A stretch of 64,000 bases of DNA, from contig NC_086100.1 in NCBI RefSeq assembly GCF_963921235.1, positions 199,890,001 through 199,954,000 on the forward strand, given 5' to 3'. This document shows, one piece after another, positions 1 to 12,002 of this stretch. The notes beneath the pieces were generated by a model. It ran no database searches and had not been told where the DNA came from. It saw nothing but the letters and a program-made list of their open reading frames with translations. Source of the DNA: Mobula hypostoma (Eukaryota). A program made the position numbers and the translations under genes. The first letter of the stretch is position 1; each line of letters begins with the position of its first letter.

Positions 1-1427
1 TTCGAGCCTGCACCGCCATTTATTATGATCATGGCTGATCATCCAACTCAGAACCCCGCCCCAGCCTTCCCTCCATACCCCCTGACCCCCGTAGCCACAA
101 GGGCCATATCTAACTCCCTCTTAAATATAGCCAATGAACTGGCCTCAACAGTTTGCTGTGGCAGAGAATTCCACAGATTCACCACTCTCTGTGTGAAGAA
201 GTTTTTCCTAATCTCGGTCCTAAAAGGCTTCCCCTCTATCCTCAAACTGTGACCCCTCGTTCTGGACTTCCCCAACATCGGGAACAATCTTCCTGTATCT
301 AGCCTGTCCAATCCCTTTAGGATCTTATACGTTTCAATCAGATCCCCCCTCAATCTTCTAAATTCCAACGAGTACAAGCCCAATTCATCCAGTCTTTCTT
401 CATATGAAAGTCCTGCCATCCCAGGAATCAATCTGGTGAACCTTCTTTGTACTCCCTCTATGGCAAAGATGTCTTTCCTCAGATTAGGGGACCAAAACTG
501 CACACAATACTCCAGGTGTGGTCTCACCAAGGCCTTGTACAACTGCAGTAGTACCTCCCTGCTCCTATACTCGAATCCTCTCGCTATAAATGCCAGCATA
601 CCATTTGCGTTTATCACCGCCTGCTGTACCTGCATGCCCACTTTCAATAACCGGTGTATAATGACACCCAGATCTCGTTGCACCTCCCCTTTTCCTAATC
701 GGCCACCATTCAGATAATAATCTGTTTTCCTATTTTTGCCACCAAAGTGGATAACTTCACATTTATCCACATTAAATTGCATCTGCCATGAGTTTGCCCA
801 CTCACCCAACCTATCCAAGTCACCCTGCATCCTCTTAGTATCCTCCTCACTGCTAACACTGCCACCCAGCTTCGTGTCATCCGCAAACTTGGAGATGCTG
901 CATTTAATTCCCTCATCCAAGTCATTAATATATATTGTAAACAACTGGGGTCCCAGCACTGAGCCTTGCGGTACCCCACTAGTCACCGCCTGCCATTCTG
1001 AAAAGGTCCCGTTTATTCCCACTCTTTGCTTCCTATCTGCTAACCAATTCTCCACCCACACCAATACCTTACCCCCAATACCGTGTGCTTTAAGTTTGCA
1101 CACTAATCTCCTGTGTGGGACCTTGTCAAAAGCCTTTTGAAAATCCAAATATACCACATCCACTGGTTCTCCTCTATCCACTCTACTAGTTACATCCTCA
1201 AAAAATTCTATGAGATTCGTCAGACATGATTTTCCTTTCACAAATCCATGCTGACTTTGTCCGATCATTTCACCGCTTTCCAAATGTGCTGTTATCACAT
1301 CCTTGATAACTGACTCCAGCAGTTTCCCCACCACCGACGTTAGGCTAACCGGTCTATAATTCCCCGGTTTCTCTCTCCCTCCTTTTTTAAAAAGTGGGGT
1401 TACATTAGCCACCCTCCAATCCTCAGG
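1..1427 (-). mobile_element. CR1-clade LINE (HER1-like, subfamily A), RT domain to 3' UTR
   Basis: ORF 48..1835 C-terminal part: [45 protein letters not shown]. The frame is open to the native stop. Confidence 0.95.
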
Positions 1428-1685
1428 AAGAGTTAGTAAGAGATTTGAAAGTGGGAGGGGGAGGGGGAGATCTGAAATGATAGGAGAAGACAGGAGGGGG
1501 AGGGATGGAGCCAAGAGCTGGACAGGTGATTGGCAAAAGGGATAGGAGAGGATCATGGGACAGGAGGCCCAGGGAGAAAGACGGCGGGGGGGGGGAACAG
1601 AGGATGGGCAAGGGGTATAGTCAGAGAGACAGAGGGGGAGAAAGGAGAGAGAGAGAAAGAATGTGTGTAGAAAGAGAGTGAGAGA
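1428..1685 (-). mobile_element. Penelope-like element 3' UTR fragment (purine-rich)
   Basis: Reverse complement closely matches 3420-3665, the UTR of the GIY-YIG element. It stops just before the hammerhead. Confidence 0.85.
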
Positions 1686-1836
1686 AAGCTGCATCATTAC
1701 CTCGTGACTCTTAAACTCTATCCCTTCACTTATGAAAGCTAACATTCCATAAGCTTTCTTAACTACCCTGTCTACCTGTGAGGCCACTTTCAGGGATCTG
1801 TGGACATGTATCCCCAGATCCCTCTGCTCCTCCATG
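1686..1836 (-). mobile_element. CR1 fragment of a different subfamily
   Basis: Encodes EEQRDLGIHVHRSLKVASQVDRVVKKAYGMLAFI. Confidence 0.85.
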
Positions 1837-1889
1837 GAGCAAAGTGGTCAGTACCCGATGTAAATAATAAACTGAAGAGATTCTGAAGG

Positions 1890-2112
1890 TAACACACACA
1901 AGATACTGGAGGAACTCAGCAGGCCAGGCAGCACCTATGGGGAAAAGGTATAACCAAAAGTTTCAGACCAAGAAATCACTCATCTTTTTTTCCCCCCAAG
2001 TCATGTTGAAGGGTCTCGGGCTGAAACGTTGGCATAGAAGATGTCTGGCCTACTGAGTTCCTCCGGCATTGTGTGTTGTTTGTTTTTCTAGTATCTGCAG
2101 GTTTTCTCGTTT
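1890..2112. repeat. Old, degenerate palindromic PLE pLTR-derived element
   Basis: Arms aacacacacaagatactggaggaactcagcaggccag and ctggcctactgagttcctccggcattgtgtgtt. Decayed hammerhead remnant gaagggtctcgggctgaaacgtt. Confidence 0.7.
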
Positions 2113-2430
2113 GAGATTCTGCAGTTGATGGAAATCCAAAGTAACACACAGAATGCTGGAGGAACTCAGCAGGCCAGACAGTATTTAGGGAAATGGGAAA
2201 ACTGATGTTTTAGGAGGACGACGAGACCTTTTATCAGGACTGGAAAGGAAGGAGGGTGACAAAAATGTGGGGGGAGGGGAAGGAGGACAAGCGGGGAGGA
2301 AAGAGGCCAGAGTGGGGAATAGAAGACAGAAGGGGGAGGGCAAAAAAGTTAAGCGGTCAGAAAAAGCAAATGTTCATGCCATCAGGTTAGATGGTACTTA
2401 GACAGAATGAAGTGTTGCTCTTCCATCTCC
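2113..2430 (-). mobile_element. Degenerate Penelope-like fragment (endonuclease C-terminus, UTR, pLTR)
   Basis: atgttcatgccatcaggtt is the reverse of the QPDGMNI-coding end. Followed by a purine tract and pLTR-like sequence. Confidence 0.7.
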
Positions 2431-2831
2431 TGGGAGTGTCCCCAATGCGCGGGAAGAAGTCATACGTCCTCGATGAGAAGGATTAATGGGTCTTTGGGGC
2501 AAGGAATTCCTCCGGCCTACTCCTGCACCTATTGTCTATTGTCTATTGTATTGACTGAAAATGATATTTCACAGTAATTGGAGACACTTGTGTATTGTCA
2601 GCTGTTTTGGGCCCTTATCTGAGAAAATAAATGATCTGTTAATACTGGAAAAGGTCCAGAGGAGGTTCACAAGAATGATCCCAAGAATGTCTCACTTTCA
2701 AGAACCTTTTACAATTCATGTTCTCAGCATTATTTCCTGCACAGTTTGTCTTTTGCACTTTGGTTGTTTGTCAGTCTTTCTGGGAAGTTTTTCATAATTG
2801 ATGTTGCTTTTCTGTAAGTGCCTGCAAGAGA

Positions 2832-3380
2832 ATGAATCTTAGGGAGAAATCCTACCACCAAGCACATTTTTCCCTCCCCCCGTCTCTCTGCATTCCGCAG
2901 GGATCGCTCCCTACACAACTCCCTTGTCCATTCGTCCCCCCATCCCTCCCCACTGATCTCCCTCCTGGCACTTATCCGTGTAAGCGGAACAAGTGCTACA
3001 CATGCCCTTACACTTCCTCCCTTACCACCATTCAGGGCCCCAGACAGTCCTTCCAGGTGAGGCGACACTTCACCTGTGAGTTGGCTGGGGTGATATACTG
3101 CGTCCGGTGCTCCCGATGTGGCCTTCTATACATTGGCGAGACCCAATGCAGACTGGGAGACCGCTTTGCTGAACACCTACGCTCTGTTCGCCAGAGAAAG
3201 CAGGATCTCCCAGTGGCCACACATTTTAATTCCACATCCCATTCCCATTCTGACATGTCTATCCACGGCCTCCCCTACTGTAAGGATGAAGCCACACTCA
3301 AGTTGGAGGAACACCTTATATTCCGTCTGGGTAGCCTCCAACCTGATGGCATGAACATCGACTTCTCTAACTTCCGCTAA
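2832..3380 (+). pseudogene. PLE GIY-YIG endonuclease domain with upstream Cys motif (truncated)
   Basis: CKRNKCYTC ... GVIYCVRCSRCGLLYIGET ... RFAEH ... HFNSTSH ... QPDGMN. Confidence 0.9.
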
Positions 3381-3808
3381 TGCCCCACCTCCCCCTCGTA
3401 CCCCATCCGTTATCTATTTTTATACACACATTCTTTCTCTCACTCTCCTTTTTCTTCCCTCTATCCCTCTGACTATACCCCTTGCCCATCCTTTTTTTCT
3501 GCCCCCCCCTTGTCTTTCTCCCTGGGTCTCCTGTCCCATGATCCTCTCATATCCCCTGTGCCAATCACCTGTCCAGCTCTCGGCTCCATCCCTCCCCCTC
3601 CTGTCTTCTCCTATCATTTTGGATCTCCCCCTCCCCCTCTCACTTTCAAACCCCTTACTCACTCTTCCTTCAGTTAGTCCTGACGAAGGGTCTCAGCCTG
3701 AAACGTCGACTGTACCTCTTCCTAGAGATGCTGCCTGGCCTGCTGTGTTCACCAGCTACTTTGAGGTGTGTTACTTGAATTTCCAGCATCTGCAGAATTC
3801 CTGTTGTT
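2845..3808 (+). mobile_element. 5'-truncated Penelope-like retroelement
   Basis: GIY-YIG ORF, then a pyrimidine-rich UTR, then a hammerhead-containing pLTR ending cctgttgtt. Confidence 0.92.
3675..3712 (+). ncRNA. Minimal type I hammerhead ribozyme motif
   Basis: Stem I AGTC(3676-79)/GACT(3708-11); core CTGACGA(3680-86); stem II AGG/CCT; GAAA(3700-03); palindromic ACGT helix III. Predicted cleavage after GTC at 3707. Confidence 0.8.
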
Positions 3809-3814
3809 ACTTTT

Positions 3815-4352
3815 GATACTGCAGTACCGTTTCCTGGATGGTAGCAGCTGGAATAGATTGTGGTGGGGTGATTCCGGTCTCCAGTGATTCTTCGGGCCCT
3901 TTTCACACACCGGTCTTTGTAAATGTCCTGAATAGTGGGGACTTCACATCTACAGATGCGCTGGGCTGTCCGCACCACTCTGCAGAGTCCTGCGATTGAG
4001 GGAAGCACAGTTCCCATACCAGGCAGTGATGCAGCCAGTCAGGATGCTCTCAACTGTGCCCCTGCAGAAAGTTCTTAGGATTTTGGGGCTCATACCAAAC
4101 TTCCTCAGCTGTCTGAGGTGAAAGGCGCTGTTGTGCCTTTTTTACCACACTGCTGGTGTGTACAGACCACGTGAGGTCCTCAGTGATGTGAATGCCGAGG
4201 AATTTAAAGCTGTTCACCCTCTCAACCCTACATCCATTGTTGTCAGCCCATCTCCATTCCTTCTGTAATCCACAACCAGCTCCTTTGTCTTTGTGACATT
4301 GAGGGAGAGATTGTTTTCTTGATACCACTGTGTCAGAGAGATGACTTCTTCC
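3815..4352 (-). mobile_element. Rex1/Babar-like LINE RT C-terminal fragment
   Basis: ERVNSFKFLGIHITEDLTWSVHT..VKKAQQRL; RVVRTAQRI..IQDIYKDRC..ARRI..HP. Confidence 0.8.
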
Positions 4353-7300
4353 CTGAAAGTAAACATCGAGCGTTTGAGGAGTATTCAGGGTTGGATAATC
4401 CAGGGAGGGATGACCCAGTCTTCCTGAAAATGCTGAAGGAAGGCCTGAGCTCAGCTGACCAGGAAGTTTTAGATCTAGGGATAGCAGTGGGGTTCACCTA
4501 CTCTGCCTACTCTGTAATAGTTTCATGGGCCAGTGAGATAGACCAAAGAAAGTGCAAGAGAAATCGTCAAGTGGCTACAGTAGACGCAGCTGCTGTGATG
4601 TCCCAGAGGGTCTGTTTTGTTTGCCAGCGGCCAGGGCACAAACGAGGTATTGCTAGAATAGATTTGGGAGGGTAAAGGAGTTTATATGCTGCAGCTGTGG
4701 CCTATTGGTGTCTAAAAAAGAGGAGAGAAAAACAGGTGAAAGTCATACCAGACTCGCAATCACTCACCCCATCGGTGCCCAGTCTGACCAATCTGACGGT
4801 TGATCAGATCAGACAGCCGGTGAAGACGTATGTACAATTGTCAGCACTGTGCCCTGCAGATGGACACAACAGAACTGTTAGGGGGCCAGCAATGGACTGG
4901 GTCAGTTGACACAGCAGCATCACTGTCAATAATTGAGCCACCCTTGCCAACAACTGGACAGGCTATTTCTATTACGGGTGTAGGAGGGAAAACAGTGAAA
5001 GCAGAAAGAAACAAGTTGTAAATACTCAAAATCGGCAGACTGCAGCTTCCAGTGTATTTCTGAATCTGTCCAAATAATGACTGCTGTTCTTACAATAGAC
5101 ATCCTAAGGGAAACAGGGACTGTTATAGATTCACGAAAGGGAGAAATAATATGGACAAGCTAGGGGCAGTGAACAGGTACACCCAACAGAGAACACAGCA
5201 TAGCTGGTGTAGCTGCACTGACAGCTGCTCAGGGTAAAGTGACGGAAATAAAACAACAGGGGTACTCAGAGAGACTGTGTCAACTACTAACTCACCTGTA
5301 TGGCCAGTAAAGAAACCTCAGGGTTCCTGGTAAGACCACACCAAGGTTGCACCCCATTGTGCCGAGCCCTGCGACAATCAGGAATGGCATGTCTCCGAAC
5401 ATAAAGTTTTTTTCCAGTCCTGGATATCACTAATGGATTCTGGGGGCTCCCATTAGCACCTGAGTCCCAAGACCAATTTGCCTCCACCCTGGGAGGGCAG
5501 CAGTATATGTAGACCAGACTCCTCAGGATTGCACAGTAGCCGAGCCATTTTCCATCAGGTCATGGCGCTGACTTTGGAAAAGCTCAATCTAACACCCCAC
5601 TGGTCAATCAGCTTACGATATGTAGATGATCTACTAATTGCTTTGGAAGGTGAAGCAGGTCCTTTAAGGGCGATAGCCAGTGTTTTAGAGAAACTGCGAG
5701 ACGAGGGGTTTAAAATCAGTTCACACAAGGCTCAGATAGGAAAACTATCTGCACAGTACCATTTTCCAGGAGTGGAAGGACGTGTCACATGACAGATGTT
5801 TAGCAATCAGCTTCATGCCCCCGCTCAGTAAATGTAAGGGGAGTGAGGAAGCTAATGGGTCAAATTAATTACTGCCGTAGGGCCCTGAAACACCCCTTCA
5901 TTAAATGAGGGAAGTAAGATGGAGGCCAGATGAGGAAAAGACTTTCACAGATGATCAAGAAAGCTCTGGTTTCTGTACCCATGATAGGATTGCCAGATGT
6001 GTCTCTCCCTTTCACTTATACTGCTGCAGTGAGGGAGGGTACGACAACGCAGCACCATGGGGACACAGGAAGGCCAGAGGCCTATTATTCAAGGAAGCAG
6101 AGACCCGTTGCAGTAAGACTTCCCCGCTGGGTAGCAGTTGTAGACTGCACTGTGTGGGCAGCACGAGTGAGTGAACCTGTTGAGATGGTGGGACAACTCA
6201 TGCTACACACACCCCAGACCATAGTGTAGGGGCTGAGAGCAGTCACCGACAGCAGAAGGGCAGGTATTGAGCACAGGCACCCAGTGCAACAACTGCTGAA
6301 AGCAGTGAGTCTGCCAGCAGGGGTGGCAGTCATTAAAGTGACAGCTCACCAGAAAGGGGAGAGTAAAGAGCAGAATGGAAATGAGTGGGCAGATGTCGGT
6401 GCAAAGGAGGCAGCAGAGGAACAAGAGGCAATTCAAATTGCAAGTGGAAATGACGGAAGCCAGTTTAGTAAAATGACATGAAGAGGTAGAGGCAGAAGAA
6501 AATGAGAATTGGAGGAGAAAGGGAGCAGCGGAGGACTAGATGCAAGCTGGACACACAGGGAGGAAGGAGTCGCGGTGACCCACCATGTATTAGGCAGATA
6601 CTACTGGGGTTATATTATGGGGTGAGGCATCAGGGACGGCACAGCATGATCACAACCCTCCGGCAGGACTGGTGGTGGCCAGGGATGGGTGGGGATGTCG
6701 AGAATTTCTGCCGCCGTTGTATCACTTGTGCCCAGTATAACCCTGGTAACAGCACGAAGCTACAGCTGGCAAACCAGCCACAGCCTAAGGGACCCTGGGA
6801 AAACATCGGGATGGACTTCACAGGGTGTCTGCGAAAAGCAGGAGGAAAAGTTACTGTCTAGTGATCATGGATCACTTCACTGGGTGGGTAGAGGCTTTCC
6901 CAAGAAAAGACTGCACCACCAGCACCACTGCATGGATCCTAGTTCAGGAAATCCTCCCAAGGAGGGGAATCCCAGTCACGTGGATTCGGATCAGGAGCAC
7001 ATTTCACTGGGAAACATAGAAACATAGAAAATAGGTGCAGGAGTAGGCCATTCGGCCCTTCGAGCCTGCACCGCCATTCAGTATGATCATGGCTGATCAT
7101 CCAACTCAGAACCCCGCCCCAGCCTTCCCTCCATACCCCCTGACCCCTGTAGCCACAAGGGCCATATCTAACTCCCTCTTAAATATAGCCAATGAACTGG
7201 CCTCAACAGTTTCCTGTGGCAGAGAATTCCACAGATTTACCACTCTCTGTGTGAAGAAGTTTTTCCTAATCTCGGTCCTAAAAGGCTTCCCCTCTATCCT

Positions 7301-8010
7301 CAAACTGTGACCCCTCGTTCTGGACTTCCCCAACATCAGGAACAGTCTTCCTACATCTAGCCTGTCCAATCCCTTTAGAATTTTATACGTTTCAATAACA
7401 TCCCCCCTCAATCTTCTAAATTCCTGAGATTATAAGCCTAGCCGATCCAGTCTTGCATCATATGAAAGTTCTGCCATCCCAGGAGTCAATCTGGTGAACC
7501 TTCTTTGTACTCCCTCTATGGCAAGAATGTGTTTCCTCAGATTAGGGGACCAAAACTGCACACAATACTCCAGGTGTGGTCTCAGGAAGGCCTTGTACAA
7601 CAGCAGTAGCACCTCCCTGCTCCTGTACTCGAATCCTCTAGCTATGAATGCCAGCATACCATTCGCCTTTTTCACCGCCTGCTGTACCTGCATGCCCACT
7701 TTCAATGACTGGTGTATAATGACACCCAGGTCTCGTTGCACCTCCCCTTTTCCTGGTTTAAAGTGTTGAGGGACCGACCAAAACAACAGCAGCACGTTGC
7801 TGATCAGAGAGAGCCAGAGGGAAAGGAGATAGACCTCCCACGGCTAGGTGACCAAGTCATGGTGAGGGTGCCGCCGGAAAGGGCGGAGTTTTCTCCCAGA
7901 TGGATAGGACCACAGGTGGTTCTTTTAACAAGCGACACTTGTATCTGTGTGCAGATTCGGAGAGGCAGCCAGCAGGAACACTGGACTCAGGTTAAACCAT
8001 ATTTCTCACC
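4353..8010 (+). mobile_element. Decayed endogenous retrovirus (class I / epsilon-like) gag-pro-pol remnant, interrupted by CR1
   Basis: In retroviral order: CFVCQRPGH knuckle; VDTAAS protease-like; RT PVKKPQGSW, LDITNGFW, YVDDLL; RNase H LPAGVAVIKVTAHQK..GNEWAD..AKEAA; integrase H..WWWP..CRRCITC, MDFT, MDHFTGWVEAFP, DSDQ; C-terminal PRWIGPQVVLLT..HWTQVK. Many frameshifts and stops. Confidence 0.85.
7011..7755 (-). mobile_element. 5'-truncated CR1 (subfamily A) inserted in the ERV integrase
   Basis: gaaacatagaaacatag tail; homologous to 1-690. Confidence 0.93.
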
Positions 8011-8374
8011 TTCTTGTTGCTCCCACAGACAAACCAGAGGGTCAAGTGTACCCAGTAACCATGTAACTACAAAGAACTTAAGAGATGCACACCAACTGGC
8101 CACACCAGATCTGACCACAGTTAATGGAAGCACACCCACAGGAAACACGAATTCGGAAGACAGCAAGGGTGTGACAGAAACCTGTAAGTAACATGTGATG
8201 ATAACGGTACTCTGTAATGAAGGCTGGCTGCTGAAAGTAGATCATTAGTTTGATAACATTGAATAGAACATGTATTGGGGAAAATAGATGGGAGTGATTT
8301 AAATTAAAGCAGGGACAGCAGGTTCCACAACTTCGATAGCATGGCAGACTGGGAGAGAAAAAGGAATGTGGACA

Positions 8375-8770
8375 TTATGGTATGTCTTTATTAGTCATTA
8401 ACCTCATGCCAAGTGCTAGCGAGGGCAGAAATAGGAAGCAGTTTAATATGTGGCTAAGGGGATCATACAAGAGGGAGGGCGTTAGATTTTGGATCATTGG
8501 GCTCCCTTCCAGGGAAGGTGGAACCTGTAAGTAAGAGACAGATCGACCTGGAGGGTTAAAGGGTGACATTAATTGTCAGGGAAAATGTCACGGCGGTGCT
8601 CAGAAAGGACAGACTGGTAGGCACATCTACTGAAGATTTATGGGCGGAACTGAGGAATAAGGAAAGGACAATCATGATAAAGGGATTTTATTGCTGGTCA
8701 CCCAATACTTAGTGGGATCTGGAGGAACAAATTTGTACAGAGATAGCAGACAGTTGCAAGAAAAATAGGA
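8375..8770 (+). mobile_element. Degenerate CR1 ORF1-esterase/endonuclease fragments
   Basis: ttttggatcattggg (FLDHW-like); tatgggcggaactgaggaataagg (WAELRNK-like). Confidence 0.6.
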
Positions 8771-10002
8771 AACCCAGAGGAAATGCCAACTCAGAAGACA
8801 CCAAAGTGTGGCAGAAACCTGTGAATAACAAGGTAAAGTGTGATGATAACAGTACTCTGTAATGAAGGCTGGTTGCTGAAGGTAGATGATTAGTTGAATA
8901 ACATAAAATAGAAAATATATTGGGGAAAATATATGGGGAGTGATTTAAGTTAAAGCAGGTTCCACAACTTCAGTAGTATGGCAGACCGAGAAGAGATTGC
9001 ACATGGCATCTGATGACAGTCGCCCCCGGCCTGAATGGCGAGTGAATACTAATGAGCTGAGCCCTTTCAGCATCCGGGCCAGTGATCGACTGGATAGTTC
9101 AGAAGGGGGTGCCACCGGGGAGAGGTCCTTGCAGTCATTCAAACTGAGACCACCTCACCCTCCTGTACATCACTGAGAGGGCCTGTGAGCCTGATGCATT
9201 TGCCTTGCTGGTGCCCCTGGAAAGAGAGAGCTTTAACTAACAGAGAATGAAGGGGTGAAGACAGGGAATGTGATTAAGCTGCAATTAGCCAACAGGCATA
9301 TGAACAAAGATGCATTTTGAAAGAATGTTGTTCAAATTCCTGGAACAATCTCTCTGGTTAGCATTTTGTAGGTAGCGATTAGGGATGACAGGATAGACGT
9401 AGATGCAGATAAAGTAACAGTGGGGGTGGAATCCCTAGGCAGGGCATTTCTGCTGCCCTGTTTAAATAGATCCTCCTTAAGGTTGGCTGTTCTTAGTCCA
9501 AATTTTACTTTTGTCAGGAGGGACTGTTGGAGTGATTTTTTTCAGTTTAAACATTTACATTTAGCAAATTACTTGGGCCACCAGTCTTCAAATCTGAGTA
9601 TAAATCGTGGATTCAGTTTGGAGTGCAGCTCTGAACAGTGGCTTCCTAAAGGCCGTGAACGCCAGACCAGACAATACTGATTAGAATTTGATGTGGGGGA
9701 TATGATGAGGACGGCTGGGGTTAGAACTGGGGTAAGGTGAAGGGTCAAAAGGATGGATGTACTGTAGCTGGACTACTAGAGGGGGCAGCCACATCTCTCC
9801 CATCTGAGCTGAAGAGAGAAAAGGAAGAGGGATGCGCGTGTCTTTTTTGACATGGGCATACACAGTCTCCCATGCAACTCTCTGAGCCCATCTCATTCTG
9901 GTTCCATATCCTATACCGACCTCTAATGGCACCTTTATCCTTCTCTCTCCCGACTCTCTTCTCTCAATTCTTTCCATTCAGTATTCCTCCCAAGTCCTTT
10001 TG

Positions 10003-10840
10003 ATAAGATGCAAAACTGGGCTGAGAAGTAGCAGATGGAGTTCAACCCAGATAAGTGTGAGGTGGTTCATTTTGGTAGGTCAAATATGATGGCAGAATAT
10101 AGTATTAATGATAAGACTCTTGGCAGTGTGGAGGTTCAGAGGGAATTTGGGATCCGAGACCATAGGACACTCAAAGCTGCTGCGTAGGTTGACTCTGTGG
10201 TTAAGAAGGCTTATGGTGCATTGGCCTTCATCAATTGTGGGATTGAGTTTAAGAGCCGAGAGGTAATGTTGCAGCTATATAGGACCCTGGTCAGACCCCA
10301 CTTGGAGTACTGTGCTCAGTTCTGGTCGCCTCACAACAGAAAGGATGTGGAAACCATAGAAAGGGTGCAGAGGAGATTTACAAGGATGTTGCCTGGATTG
10401 GGGAGCATGCCTTATGAGAATAGGTTGAGTGAACTCGGCCTTTTTGCCTTGGAGCGACGGAGGATGAGAGGTGACCTGTTAGAGGTGTATAAGATGATGA
10501 GAGGCATTGATCGTGTGTATAGTCAGAGGCTTTTTCCCAGGGCTGAAATTCTAGCACGAGAGGGCACAGTTTTAAGGTGCTTGGAATTAGGTACAGAGGA
10601 GCTGTCAGGAGTAAGCTTTTTTACGCAGAGAGTGGTGAGTGCACGGAATGGGCTGCCAGCAACAGTGGTGGAGGTGTATACGATGGGGTCTTTTAAGAAA
10701 CTCCTGGACAGGTACGTGGAGCTCAGAAAAATAGAGGGCTATGGGTAACCCTAGGTAACTTCTAAGATAAGGACATTATCAGCACAGCTTTGTGGGCCGA
10801 AGGGCCTGTATTGTGCTGTAGGTTTTGTAGGTTTTCTATG
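10003..10840 (+). mobile_element. CR1 3' end (subfamily B)
   Basis: ORF 10197..10748 VKKAYGALAFI..RPHLEYC..RGDL..FFTQRVV; ttttctatg tail. Confidence 0.92.
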
Positions 10841-11426
10841 TGTAAGGGGTTTCTTCTGTTATGTTACTGCATATGTTAATTAAAATATCTTCTTTGTTAT
10901 GTTAATGATAAAGTCTCCAGCTAGCACTTTGCTTGGGTTATAACAGATAACAGAGTAAGTGAACCAATGGATGACCATGTTATTCTTTCTTGGGGTGACA
11001 TGCTGTCTCATATGGCTGGGGACCAGGGGGTTTCGACTGGGGGTTGGAGGAGAGACCGTGAGGACGACGAACGGACGGGGAAAGCTCAGGCTGATCACCC
11101 CGGGTGATCTCGAGCTGCGAGTCGACGGGGTCAGAGTGGTCCCGAAGAGGTCCCCGAGCTCCAACGTGTGCACGAAGAAATTGAACTTTGATAAGTCTGG
11201 TGCCTTTTCCATTCCTTTTTTTGTATGAAACTTCTATTAATCTCATAGACTTAGTAACATCTATAAAGTGTAATTGGTAAAACGTACATTGTGTGCTGGC
11301 TGATGATTGATGTTTGAAGCTGAATCCGGTGACAGTTGTACAGCAACCGACATAACCCGGAGACCAGGTGGGCGGCAGGCGGGGTTTCCCCTACATAAAT
11401 ACGAGCCAGTATAGCTGAGTGTTATG
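10841..11426 (+). mobile_element. Solo LTR related to the Gypsy LTRs at 19497 and 30760
   Basis: Starts TGTAAG. The end ggggtttcccc..aaatacgagcc..gctgagtgtta matches the reverse complement of 19497-19545. TATG duplicated at 10837-40 and 11427-30. Confidence 0.8.
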
Positions 11427-11436
11427 TATGATTCTA

Positions 11437-11990
11437 TAAAGAAGGCAAAACAGCAACTATACTTCAGTAGGAATTTGAAGAGATTTGGTATGTCAACAAA
11501 TACAATCAAAAACTTCTGTAAATGTACCGTGGAGAGCATTCTGTAAGGCTGCATCACTGTCTGTTATGGGGGTGGGCTACTGCACAGGACCAAAAGGAGC
11601 TGCAGAGGGTTGTAAATTTAGTCAGCCCCATCTTGGGTACTAGCCTACAAAGTACCCAGGACATCTTCAAGGAGTAGCGTCCATTATTAAGGACCTCCAG
11701 CACCCAGGGCATGCCCTTTTCTCACCGTTACCATCAGGTAGGAGGTACAGAAGCTTGAAGGCACACACTCAGTGATTCAGGAACAGCTTCTTCCCCTCTG
11801 CCATCAAATTCCTAAATGGACATTGAACCTGTGAACATTACCTCACTTTTTTAATATATATTTCTAAGGTAAGGACATGTTCGGCACAGCTTTCTGGGTC
11901 GAAGGGCTTGTATTGTGCTGTAGGTTTTCTATGTTTCAGTTATTTCTGTTTTTGCATGATTTTTCATCTATTCGATATACGTGTACTGAT
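11437..11990 (+). mobile_element. Rex1/Babar-like 3' fragment, with a CR1 tail piece at ~11862-11937
   Basis: KKAKQQLYF..KRFGMS..CTVESIL..CITV; ccatcaggtaggaggtacagaagc..aacagcttcttccc. Confidence 0.75.
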
Positions 11991-12002
11991 ATTAATTTAC
12001 TT

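Noticed and set aside
436..1140. Recurrent antisense ORFs in CR1 copies (MNLLCTPS.., MPPKWITS..)
   Set aside because: Shadow frames of RT, repeated only because the LINE is repeated.
9681..9977. IKVPLEVGIGYG resembling a family A DNA polymerase C-terminus
   Set aside because: Short match with no other polymerase motifs; likely chance.
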